The position numbers were made by a program, and so were the translations under genes. Shown in pieces: positions 1 through 8,845 of a stretch of DNA of 32,000 bases (its first letter is position 1; every line of letters begins with the position of its first letter). The stretch is from Clostridium kluyveri. GTDB taxonomy: Bacteria; Bacillota; Clostridia; Clostridiales; Clostridiaceae. Under the pieces are notes generated by a model that saw only the letters and a list, made by a program, of their open reading frames with translations, was not told the origin of the DNA and ran no database searches. The DNA lies in contig NZ_CP018335.1 in NCBI RefSeq assembly GCF_001902295.1, positions 1,926,702-1,958,701 of the forward strand, read 5' to 3'.

Positions 1-9
1 ACATATAAG

Positions 10-60
10 AGGCTTAATTTCTCATATTAAAGTATTTGATATGGAGAATTAAGTCTTTTT
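10..60 (+). terminator. Rho-independent terminator of a gene upstream of the window
   Basis: A long imperfect hairpin pairs approx 10-27 with 39-56 (about 17 bp, two bulges, loop 28-38). It runs directly into TTTTT (56-60). Confidence 0.55.
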
Positions 61-173
61 ATATTAACACTAATTCATAGGATATTGAAGTATTTAACAA
101 AAATATTCATGTACTAATATTCAAAGTTTAAGGCTTATTATAAATAATACATTATAAAGAGGAGAGATTTAAT

Positions 174-1007
174 ATGTCAAATGTAACAGCTTTTGCAGGA
201 GTGGATGTTGGCTCATTGGGAACAAAAACAGTAATTTTAGTGGATGGAGAGATTGCTGGATTCAGTATACTTCGTACTGGACCTAATACTGAGGAAAATG
301 GGCTGAAGGGTTTAAATGCTGCACTTGAAAATGCGGGCCTTCAGCGTGAAGATTTAAAGTACATTATTGCTACAGGATATGGCAGGATTTCTGCACCTTA
401 TGCCAATAAAACCGTTACCGAAATAACTTGCCATGCTAAAGGGGCCAATTATGTTCATCCACAGACCCGAACTATTATCGATATGGGAGGGCAGGATTGT
501 AAGGCTATCCGATTGGATGAATATGGTAATGTAACAGATTTTGCTATGAATGATAAGTGTGCTGCAGGAACAGGACGTTTTCTTGAAGTTATGGCAAATG
601 TGTTGAAAGTAACTTTAGATGAATTGGGGCCATTATCTCTGAAAGCAACTGAAATATTGCCTATAAGCAGCACCTGCACTGTATTTGCGGAGTCGGAAAC
701 TGTTTCTTTGTTAGCACGTGGCGAAAAAGCGGAGAATATCATTGTCGGTATTCATCATGCCATTGCCAATAGAATTAGTGGTATGTTTTCAAGGGTTGGG
801 ATTGAAACTGACCTATTTTTCTCTGGAGGGGTAGCAAAGAATATCGGAATGAGAAAAGCATTGGAGGATGTGTTGAAAATCAACATTGCCGCTCCAGAAA
901 AGGATCCTCAATTGGTGGGAGCAATCGGTGCGGCTGTTCTGGCACAAAATGCATGGAAAAAGTTAAAAGCATTGGATAACATCGGAGAACATCCTGTGGC
1001 ATTGTAA
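174..1007 (+). CDS. BcrAD/BadFG-family ATPase; [4Fe-4S] activase of 2-hydroxyacyl-CoA dehydratase-type enzymes (HgdC-like)
   Basis: 277-aa ORF with RBS AAGAGGAG (157-164). It has the N-terminal ASKHA ATPase motif GVDVGSLGTK and the two cluster-ligand Cys contexts typical of HgdC-type activators (NDKCAAGTGRF, SSTCTVFAESE). Confidence 0.85.
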   Translation: MSNVTAFAGVDVGSLGTKTVILVDGEIAGFSILRTGPNTEENGLKGLNAALENAGLQREDLKYIIATGYGRISAPYANKTVTEITCHAKGANYVHPQTRTIIDMGGQDCKAIRLDEYGNVTDFAMNDKCAAGTGRFLEVMANVLKVTLDELGPLSLKATEILPISSTCTVFAESETVSLLARGEKAENIIVGIHHAIANRISGMFSRVGIETDLFFSGGVAKNIGMRKALEDVLKINIAAPEKDPQLVGAIGAAVLAQNAWKKLKALDNIGEHPVAL

Positions 1008-1060
1008 CAAAAAAAAATTGACATTCCAAAATTAATAAAGGAAATAGAAAGGAGAAAAAA

Positions 1061-2236
1061 ATGAGTTTGTTGACACTTGAAAAAATAAATGAGGCGGTAA
1101 AGCATCGTCCCGCAGAACTGGAAAAAGCCAGGGCTGAAGGGAGAAAAGTCGTCGGCTGGTTAAATTATAATGTTCCTGAGGAATTAATTTATGCATTGGA
1201 TTTGATTCCTATACATTTAGGTACTGGAGGAAATGATCGTCTGGTGGAATTGGGAGCACGCTATATTTCAGTAATGAATTGTGTTTTTACTCGCCAGGTG
1301 ATAGGACTTTTTTCAGAAGGTAATGATCCATATATAAAAAATACAGATGTAGTAGTAATAGACGTCACTTGCAAGCAGTTATACCGTGTTGCTGAGATAA
1401 TAAAACATTATTTTTCTATAAACACCGAAATAATTGGAGTTCCTTATAATTTTGATGTTCCTGCAGGTAAAACTTATTTTCGTAATGAAATTAAAGCATT
1501 CACAGAAAAATTAGAGAAAATCGCAGGGAAAAAAATTGAACAGGAAAAACTAGAAAAATCGGTTGAAATCTATAAAGAAATTCGTGAATCCATTAAAAGG
1601 CTTTATAAATGGCAAGCTGAACCTATTGCGCCAATTTCCTGGCGAGAAGTATATAATATCGTTCAGGCAGGATATTATCTTGATAAAGAAATCTATCTAA
1701 ATCTATTAAGAGAACTTCTGACTGAACTCACAGATGCTGTACCCAGCCAGCAAGTTTCGGCAACAGAACCGAGGATTTTTGTTTCCGGGAGCATTATTCC
1801 TCCAGGAGATAGGAAAATATTAGATATAATTGAGGAAAAAGGAGGACGGGTTGTTGTTGACGATCTTTGGTCAGGTTTTGCACCTTATTTTGATACGGAA
1901 ATAGAAGAACCTAGTATTGAGGGAATAAGCGATGCTTATATATTAAGGTATACTCATGCGTCCTTACCTCAGCTTAAGAATGATACAGATAGAAGACTAA
2001 AAAATATTCGCAGACTTATCAAAGATTTTCAGGCCAATGGAGTTTTATTTCACACATTAAGATATTGTGATTCGTTTACTTTCAAGGCAAATGAAACAAA
2101 AAATGTTTTAAAAAACGATGGCATTCCGTTTTTAGAGATTCATACTGAATATGCTGGTTCAGATTATGGAGCCATAGGGACACGAATTGAGGCTTTTGTG
2201 GAAATGTTAAAAGTAAGAACCCTTAATATTGTTTAG
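1061..2236 (+). CDS. 2-hydroxyacyl-CoA dehydratase / benzoyl-CoA reductase family subunit (HgdB/BcrC/BadD-like, HGD-D domain)
   Basis: 391 aa with RBS AAAGGAG (1048-54). The N-terminus (KVVGWLNYNVPEELIYALDLIPIHL) is typical of the family, and scattered Cys residues (MNCVF, DVTCKQ, LRYCDSF) could ligate a cluster. The size matches beta subunits. Confidence 0.75.
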   Translation: MSLLTLEKINEAVKHRPAELEKARAEGRKVVGWLNYNVPEELIYALDLIPIHLGTGGNDRLVELGARYISVMNCVFTRQVIGLFSEGNDPYIKNTDVVVIDVTCKQLYRVAEIIKHYFSINTEIIGVPYNFDVPAGKTYFRNEIKAFTEKLEKIAGKKIEQEKLEKSVEIYKEIRESIKRLYKWQAEPIAPISWREVYNIVQAGYYLDKEIYLNLLRELLTELTDAVPSQQVSATEPRIFVSGSIIPPGDRKILDIIEEKGGRVVVDDLWSGFAPYFDTEIEEPSIEGISDAYILRYTHASLPQLKNDTDRRLKNIRRLIKDFQANGVLFHTLRYCDSFTFKANETKNVLKNDGIPFLEIHTEYAGSDYGAIGTRIEAFVEMLKVRTLNIV

Positions 2237-2252
2237 TATAGGGGTTGGGCAA

Positions 2253-3092
2253 ATGATAAAAATACAAGCAGAAAATATCGAAAAGAGATTTCCTATTAAA
2301 GCCAATCAACGAATTTATGCAAATAGTAATAAAATAGGAGAAATTCAAGTTTTGAAAGATCTGAATCTTTCTATAAAAAAAGGAGAATTTATTACAATCG
2401 TAGGCCCCAGTGGATGTGGCAAGTCTGTATTTCTCGATATGGTTGGAGGATTAACTAAGATGTCTAGTGGAAATGTATTTCTTGATGGAAAGAAAGTAAA
2501 TGGTTCTGATCCTCAGGTAGGGTATGTTTTTCAGCAATATGCTCTTCTACCATGGAGAACGGCTATATCAAATATTGAATACCCTCTGGAAATAAGAGGA
2601 ATTGAACCAGCAAAGCGAAAAGAAAAGGCAAAAAAATTGATATCACTCATCGGATTAAATGGCTTTGATAAATGGCTGCCTTATCAACTTTCTGGAGGAA
2701 TGCAGCAGCGTGTTGCAATTGCAAGATCTCTTTCCACTGATCCTGAGGTATTATTGATGGATGAACCATTTGCTGCCCTTGATGCTCAAACAAGAGAGTT
2801 GCTTCAAGAGGAACTTTTAAGAATTTGGGAAGGGATAAGAAACACTGTTATTTTTGTTACTCATAGTATAGAAGAAGCCATTTTTCTTGCTGACAGAGTG
2901 GTAGTTATGACTGCAAGACCTGGAAGGGTAAAACATATCATTGATATTCACCTCTCAAGGCCAAGAGGGGAAAATACCAGAGCTAGCAAAGAATTTGGAG
3001 CTTATAGACATAAAATTTGGGCTGCTTTAAAGGATGAGGTTAATAAAGCTCAAAAGGATTGGAAGTTATTTGCAGGTAATAATGGAAGATAA
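2253..3092 (+). CDS. ABC transporter ATP-binding protein, NitT/TauT (sulfonate/nitrate/taurine) family
   Basis: Walker A GPSGCGKS, signature LSGGMQQRV and Walker B LLMDEPF are present, with a SsuB/TauB-like context (VFQQYALLPWRTA). I place the start at ATG 2253 (MIKIQAE), not the track's TTG 2229, which overlaps the upstream stop. Confidence 0.85.
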   Translation: MIKIQAENIEKRFPIKANQRIYANSNKIGEIQVLKDLNLSIKKGEFITIVGPSGCGKSVFLDMVGGLTKMSSGNVFLDGKKVNGSDPQVGYVFQQYALLPWRTAISNIEYPLEIRGIEPAKRKEKAKKLISLIGLNGFDKWLPYQLSGGMQQRVAIARSLSTDPEVLLMDEPFAALDAQTRELLQEELLRIWEGIRNTVIFVTHSIEEAIFLADRVVVMTARPGRVKHIIDIHLSRPRGENTRASKEFGAYRHKIWAALKDEVNKAQKDWKLFAGNNGR

Positions 3093-3105
3093 AGGAGGAG
3101 AAAAT

Positions 3106-3987
3106 ATGTTAAATAAAGTGGAGAAAGAACAGAATACTATCTCTTACGATGAAAATTCTAACATGATTTCAGATGAATCCAGAGGTCAATTGATAAGTAA
3201 GATTATTAATCTAAAAGGGAAAATTGGTTCCTTTTTTTGGGGAGTTCCGCTTGTGGTGCTGTTCTTTCTTATATGGGAGATTGCTCCAAGAATTGGGATT
3301 CTTAGTCCCATTTTCTTTCCGCCTTTTTCAAAGGTGGTTCATGCATTATTGGATCTTATTCTAACAGGAGAACTACAAACTAATATCATAGTCAGCCTTT
3401 CTAGGGCTTTTATAGGGTTTTTGTTTGCGGTCATTATAGCTGTACCTTTAGGTTTCATTATGGGACGATATAGTTTATTTGAAAAGGTTATGGATTTATT
3501 GATTCAGGGATTGCGTAATACTTCCCAATTTGCTCTTCTTCCTGTATTTATTATGTTACTTGGTATTGGAGAAGCATCGAAGATCGCAATGACTTTTAAT
3601 GCGGCAGTATGGGTTATTTTAATAAATACTATTAGTGGAGTAAAAGGTATAGATCCTTTATTAATCAAATCCGCAATATCAATGGGAACATCTGATAAAG
3701 AACTTTTGAAAAAAATAATATTTCCAGCAAGTTTTCCATCCATTGTAACTGGAGTCCGTTTGGGTATTAAATCTTCACTTATGTCGGTAATTGCAGCTGA
3801 AATGCTTGGCGCAAAATCAGGAATTGGTTTCCTTATTCAAAATTCACAGCTAACCTATAGAATTCCACAAATGTATGCAGGAATTTTAGTTCTTACCATG
3901 TTAGGAGTGATTCTCAATTATTCTCTTGTTTGGATAGAAAAAAAAGCTACATCTTGGAAGACACAAGATGGAAATGTAACTTTCTAA
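3106..3987 (+). CDS. ABC transporter permease, NitT/TauT family (SsuC/TauC-like)
   Basis: Multi-TM protein with a BPD-transporter-type loop (AAEMLGAKSGIGFLI). ATG 3106 follows a strong RBS AAAGGAGGAG (3091-3100). The track start 3034 lies inside the upstream ATPase gene. Confidence 0.85.
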   Translation: MLNKVEKEQNTISYDENSNMISDESRGQLISKIINLKGKIGSFFWGVPLVVLFFLIWEIAPRIGILSPIFFPPFSKVVHALLDLILTGELQTNIIVSLSRAFIGFLFAVIIAVPLGFIMGRYSLFEKVMDLLIQGLRNTSQFALLPVFIMLLGIGEASKIAMTFNAAVWVILINTISGVKGIDPLLIKSAISMGTSDKELLKKIIFPASFPSIVTGVRLGIKSSLMSVIAAEMLGAKSGIGFLIQNSQLTYRIPQMYAGILVLTMLGVILNYSLVWIEKKATSWKTQDGNVTF

Positions 3988-4024
3988 ATAATATAAAATG
4001 AAATTTAAAAAAGGAGAAAATAAA

Positions 4025-5431
4025 ATGAATAGTAAGTTAGAAACAACAAAGATTTTCAAATTTCCCGAAAGTATAAAAGGAGCTTTTATTAAAACCCCTG
4101 GAATTCATTTCAAAGATGGAACTTATGTGAGTTCAGAAGAGATTTGGGATTTTATGACAGTCGAAGCCCCTATCAGATTTCCTTATGCGTATAGTCTTGA
4201 AAAAAATTATCAAAGTCGGTTATCAAGAGATGTGGAATTCTTTAGTGGAATTAAACATTCATATTTGAACCTAACTTTCAGAGATCGTTTATTGAGAGCT
4301 CACGCCAATGGTACTCCAATAGTTCATGTGCAAGGAGGACAAACAGTTGATCCTTATTTTGCTGCAGGGGCTATTCCAGTTGTTCCAGGACCATTAAGAG
4401 GATGGGCCAGAGATATGGAGGAAGGTTTGGATGTAAGATCAGCAGGCAGACGTGCAATGAAGATTATGGAATCAGGACGTCAGACCATCTCTATAGAATG
4501 TTGTAATAACCCTATTGGTTCAATTGAATCGATCCGTCAAAAACTTGTTCCTGTAGATCTAATTGCACCCTATCTTTGCTTGCGCTGCACGGATATTGCG
4601 TATGTTCTTGAGTCTTATCGAACAAGTATCAAGGACATTCCCTTGCATTTCATAGATTTTCCAGTGACCAGAGATAAGAAATGGACTGTGGAGTATGTAG
4701 CTGAATTGATATATGAATTAGTAAAAAAACTGGGTGATTTAAGGGGTGTTACTATTGCCAATGAAGATCTATGGAAAGAAATTAAACTGGAAAATAGAGG
4801 GCGTAGATTAGCTCGTGAGACGGTGGAAAGCATATGGAAAGCAAAAAAATTTCCTGTCACAAGTACGGATTTATCTAGCATCATTACTTCGGGGAGGTTT
4901 GACCGAGGTGATTCTTTAGCTAGTACAGAATTTTTAGAGCAGGCCAATAAGGAAGTTAAAGAAAGAATCAGTAAGGGGATTAAAGGTGCAGGCCTGTCAG
5001 ATAAACCTGTTAAAATTCTTTCTGTTGGATCCTGTTTTGGACTTAGAGCTGATTTTGTGGAAGAAAAGGGAGGGGTTATCGTTGGTACAGACGATCATCT
5101 AAGTAAGATATATGCAGATGTCGTAGAGTCCGGTGATCCTTATGAGGAAATTGCTAAGTCAATATTATCATATAAATATGAGCAACCTACAGAACAGAGA
5201 GCCCAATATGTCATTGATTTGGTTCGTGAATCTAAAGCTGATGGTGTGGTTTGCGGATATAACTGGGGATGTAATTATCAGTCTGCTTCTTCACGTATGA
5301 TTGCTGATATTGTAAAAAAAGAAACAGGAGTCCCAACAATCAATATTGAAGTTGCAGAATTAGGGTTATTGGAAGGAAATGAGCAAACTCAGAATCGACT
5401 TGAGGCATTTATAGAAATGTTGGATAATTAA
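4025..5431 (+). CDS. 2-hydroxyacyl-CoA dehydratase / benzoyl-CoA reductase family subunit (HgdA/BcrB/BadE-like, HGD-D domain)
   Basis: 468 aa from ATG 4025, with RBS AAGGAG (4011-16). It has family-like segments (GTPIVHVQGGQTVDPYFAAGAIPV; GVVCGYNWGCNYQS) and several conserved-looking Cys residues. The size matches alpha subunits. Confidence 0.75.
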   Translation: MNSKLETTKIFKFPESIKGAFIKTPGIHFKDGTYVSSEEIWDFMTVEAPIRFPYAYSLEKNYQSRLSRDVEFFSGIKHSYLNLTFRDRLLRAHANGTPIVHVQGGQTVDPYFAAGAIPVVPGPLRGWARDMEEGLDVRSAGRRAMKIMESGRQTISIECCNNPIGSIESIRQKLVPVDLIAPYLCLRCTDIAYVLESYRTSIKDIPLHFIDFPVTRDKKWTVEYVAELIYELVKKLGDLRGVTIANEDLWKEIKLENRGRRLARETVESIWKAKKFPVTSTDLSSIITSGRFDRGDSLASTEFLEQANKEVKERISKGIKGAGLSDKPVKILSVGSCFGLRADFVEEKGGVIVGTDDHLSKIYADVVESGDPYEEIAKSILSYKYEQPTEQRAQYVIDLVRESKADGVVCGYNWGCNYQSASSRMIADIVKKETGVPTINIEVAELGLLEGNEQTQNRLEAFIEMLDN

Positions 5432-5522
5432 TATTTATACCCATAAACTTTACTTTGGTAATCAGGGGAGCCTGAGAAAATAAGTTAATATATTAAAGAT
5501 TATAGAGGGAGATGAATAAATA

Positions 5523-6584
5523 ATGTTAAAAAGCAAGAAGTCCATATGGGTTATATCCATTGTTGTTATTATTGCTTTAGTAGTAACAGGCACTTTATTC
5601 TATATTAAAGTGCAAAATAATGCTAAAGCACAGCAAAGCACTAAAGTAGAGGAAAAGGTTAATGTAATCAGAATTGGAAGCACAGCTCCAGGCCATTTTA
5701 AATTTATCTTAAGCCAACAAAAAAAATTGCTGGATGATGAGTTTAAAAAGGATGGTATAAAAATCGAGTATCATACTTTTGATGGTGGACAAAGTGTTAT
5801 GACAGCTTTAGCAACTGGGAGTTTAGATATTGCTTATACCGGAACTGATCCAGCTGTGCGTACTGCTGCTTCAGGAGCAGATGTAAATTTAATAGGAATT
5901 TCAAGTTTTGATAAAGGTGGAGCATCCTACATCGCTGTTAAAAAAGATTCTCCAATAAAATCAGTTAAAGATCTTAAAGGGAAAAAAGTTGCTTTTTTAA
6001 CCGGAACAATGAGACATGCAACTATTGCCAAAGCATTAAAAGCGGAAGGACTTTCTTTAGACGATATTCAGGGAGTTAATCTTGCTTTTGATGCTTCAGG
6101 CCCTGCTTTAATTCGAGGAGATATAGATGCGGTTGTTGAAAGTCTTAGTACTTTTGCGCCTTTGCTAAATACCGATACTATAAGGATTATTCTTGACGGG
6201 TCAAAACATCCAGAGTGGTCAAGCCCAAGTGCTATTTCTGCTAGTGGCAATTTTGTGAGAAAACATCCTACGCTGGTAAAAAGATTATTAAAGGTTGACC
6301 TCGCAACTTCTAAGTGGGCTGATGCTAATTATGAAGAAGCCATTAAGGTTTTTGCAGAAGGGACAAAGCAGACAGCAGAAGCAGTAAAATTGAGCTATCC
6401 AGACAAGAAATTTTATCAAGATCCTAAGATTACAGAAGATGCTATAAATGCTTTTAAATCAGAAGAGGATTTCTTAAAAGAAGCTAAACTTGCAACTGGA
6501 AGCGTAGATTACAAAAAATGGGTAAATAGTAGCTTTGTTGATGAAGTATATGGGGAACAAAGTAAAAAGTCCATAAAGAAATAA
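5523..6584 (+). CDS. ABC transporter substrate-binding protein, NMT1/THI5-SsuA/TauA-like, membrane-anchored
   Basis: 353 aa with an N-terminal hydrophobic anchor (IWVISIVVIIALVVTGTLFYI). The periplasmic-binding-protein-like body (IRIGSTAPGHF..., GSLDIAYTG, KGKKVAFLTGT) is typical of NitT/TauT-family SBPs. Confidence 0.75.
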   Translation: MLKSKKSIWVISIVVIIALVVTGTLFYIKVQNNAKAQQSTKVEEKVNVIRIGSTAPGHFKFILSQQKKLLDDEFKKDGIKIEYHTFDGGQSVMTALATGSLDIAYTGTDPAVRTAASGADVNLIGISSFDKGGASYIAVKKDSPIKSVKDLKGKKVAFLTGTMRHATIAKALKAEGLSLDDIQGVNLAFDASGPALIRGDIDAVVESLSTFAPLLNTDTIRIILDGSKHPEWSSPSAISASGNFVRKHPTLVKRLLKVDLATSKWADANYEEAIKVFAEGTKQTAEAVKLSYPDKKFYQDPKITEDAINAFKSEEDFLKEAKLATGSVDYKKWVNSSFVDEVYGEQSKKSIKK

Positions 6585-6816
6585 AGTAACTTTTGTGCAT
6601 TGGTAAAGCCTATTATTATTGTAATTATGAGATACAAAGGATAATAAAAAATAAGACACTGTATAACTAGATTTTAATAGTCCTATAGGGTCTTACTTTT
6701 TTCTGTATCTCTTATACAGTAGAGTTGTTCAACGGAAAAAGCTACATCAAAGTCTTAAAATAAAAAATTATGTATTAGTGTTAATTTTGTAATACTAAAA
6801 TTAGGAGGAAATTTAG

Positions 6817-8082
6817 GTGAATGTGTTATCAATGCGAGAATTGCTTGGCGAGAAGCTATTAGTGAAGAAAATATCAAATAGAATTATTAAAGGTTTTCCA
6901 GCTTTGAAGCATAAGTATTTTAGATATTTTTTAGCTGGGCAATGTATATCACTTATGGGAACTTGGGTGCAAAGAACAGCTCAGCAGTGGGTTTTTTATG
7001 ATATTACCAAATCAGCATTTTTACTTGGAGTTTTAGGAGTTTTTCAATTTACCCCAATGCTTTTATTTTCTCTTCTTGCAGGTGTTTTCGTTGACAGATT
7101 TCCTAAAAAAAAGCTTTTATTAATAACACAATTTCTACAAATGATGCAGGCGTTTGTATTTGCTATATTAATATGGTCGGGACATATAAAATATTGGCAT
7201 GTTTTAATATTAGCAGGTGTTTATGGTATTGTTCAAACTTTTGATATGCCCACAAGACAGTCGTTTTTTATAGAATTGGTAGGTAAAGATGATTTAATAA
7301 GTGCTATAGGAATGAATTCTACTATTGTAAATATAGCAAGAATATTAGGACCTGCATTTTCAGGTATTATATTATTTAAATTAGGACCTATTTTCTGCTT
7401 TCTTATTAATGGTTTTAGCTTTATAGCGGTTCTTATAGGATTAATTAGTATTAAGTCTTATTATGCAGGCATAAGAAAGAAGACATGTAATATCATGGAT
7501 GATATTGTAAATGGTTTGAAATACATTAAGTCGCAAAAAACAATACTTACCGCAGTAATATCAATGCTTTTTGTTGGGACTTTTGCATTTAATAATGAAG
7601 TTATTATACCTGTTTATGTAAAGGAAGTTTTGCATAAATCTGCTGGAGTTTATAGTACTCTTCTATCGGCTTCTGGGATAGGTGCCCTAATTGGATCTGT
7701 AAAATTTGCTTCAAATACAAAAAGAAGATTAAATGTAATATTCATTAGTAGTTCAATTTTATCCATGTGCTTAATAACTCAAAGTTTTATTCATACATAT
7801 TATGTTTCTATATTAATACTAATAATATATGGATTCTTTAATATAATTTTCATGGCATCAATTAATTTTATAATTCAAATAAATTCACGTGATGAATATA
7901 GAGGAAGAACAGTAAGTGTTTATAGTCTGGTGCTTGTTGGAACAACTCCAATCGGAAATTTATTTGCAGGGACAATAGCTGAATATTTAGGTTCTAATGC
8001 TAGTTTTCTGCTTTGTGGTGTAACAACTCTAGTATTAATGTTTTTTGTTCTTTTTAAATTTAAAGAGGTTTTTTATTCGTGA
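6817..8082 (+). CDS. MFS transporter (MFS_3 / enterobactin-exporter-like)
   Basis: 421 aa with about 12 hydrophobic segments and the motif FAGVFVDRFPKKKLL, typical of this MFS subfamily. GTG 6817 lies 8 nt after AGGAGG (6803-08). An in-frame ATG at 6832 is an alternative start. Confidence 0.75.
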   Translation: MNVLSMRELLGEKLLVKKISNRIIKGFPALKHKYFRYFLAGQCISLMGTWVQRTAQQWVFYDITKSAFLLGVLGVFQFTPMLLFSLLAGVFVDRFPKKKLLLITQFLQMMQAFVFAILIWSGHIKYWHVLILAGVYGIVQTFDMPTRQSFFIELVGKDDLISAIGMNSTIVNIARILGPAFSGIILFKLGPIFCFLINGFSFIAVLIGLISIKSYYAGIRKKTCNIMDDIVNGLKYIKSQKTILTAVISMLFVGTFAFNNEVIIPVYVKEVLHKSAGVYSTLLSASGIGALIGSVKFASNTKRRLNVIFISSSILSMCLITQSFIHTYYVSILILIIYGFFNIIFMASINFIIQINSRDEYRGRTVSVYSLVLVGTTPIGNLFAGTIAEYLGSNASFLLCGVTTLVLMFFVLFKFKEVFYS

Positions 8083-8104
8083 AATTCGTATATTGTTTAC
8101 TAAC

Positions 8105-8150
8105 TAAGGCCACATACTAGATATTAATTCTAGCATAGGGCCTATTTTTA
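8105..8150 (+). terminator. Rho-independent terminator after the MFS gene
   Basis: AGGCC..CTAGA / TCTAG..GGCCT hairpin (8106-8143) followed by ATTTTTAT. Confidence 0.55.
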
Positions 8151-8171
8151 TAAATATGTAAGCTATAACTT

Positions 8172-8378
8172 TTAGTCTCCTTTATATGGTATATGATTTT
8201 CAATAAATGCTACTTCAATTCCAAGTTCTTTCTTACTAGAAAAATAAAAGTAAAAGGAACCTGCTGTTTTTATTAAGCTCTGTTTACAGTTATAAATTAG
8301 TGAAGTTAATTCTTTAATATCAAATTTACAATAATATGGTGGAATTATTAATAAATGTGTAGTAAAATTATTCTTGGA
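8172..8378 (-). pseudogene. Possible start-less C-terminal gene remnant
   Basis: A 67-codon stop-free frame on the minus strand ends at TAA (8172-74) and contains no ATG/GTG/TTG. It translates to ...KELTSLIYNCKQSLIKTAGSFYFYFSSKKELGIEVAFIENHIPYKGD. This is only marginally unlikely by chance in AT-rich DNA. Confidence 0.25.
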
Positions 8379-8845
8379 TCAATCAATATAACAAAAAACT
8401 TTATTAAAAATAAGTTGAGTGAAGTGAAAATAAAAATCAGAAAACAATAATTTAGATTGGATATCCTCTAACTTTGAGTCCTCTGTAAGGGATGGTACTT
8501 CTACAGAAACTATAATGATTTTAAATAAGAGTAAGCAAATGTTTTATCTAAATAAGACTGCAGATCCTGCTTGGAAGAAGAATCGACTGCTCTAGAAAGT
8601 ATAGGATGATAAAAGTGAAAGTCTTAAAACTGTTTCACAGAAATTAAATAACGTGGTAGGTGGATTTAAACTATAAAAAGTTAAAGTATTATGCTATACA
8701 CTGTCAAAGAAAATGGATAAAAGGGTAAATAATGGGTGATTTCTGGGTTCAGGCGGAATCTATTTATGTAATATTTTATGAAGGATTTTTGATATTTTTA
8801 GAGAATTAAATTTACTTATAACAGTAAAAATAAGGAGGTAAAAGA

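Noticed and set aside
6630-6720. A cluster of overlapping inverted repeats after the SBP gene: GAGATACA/TGTATCTC, TAAGAC/GTCTTA followed by T6, and ACTGTATAA/TTATACAGT.
   Set aside because: The arms are mutually incompatible, and the stem preceding the T-run is only 6 bp with a ~32-nt loop. This is probably the operon terminator region, but I cannot define a single credible structure.
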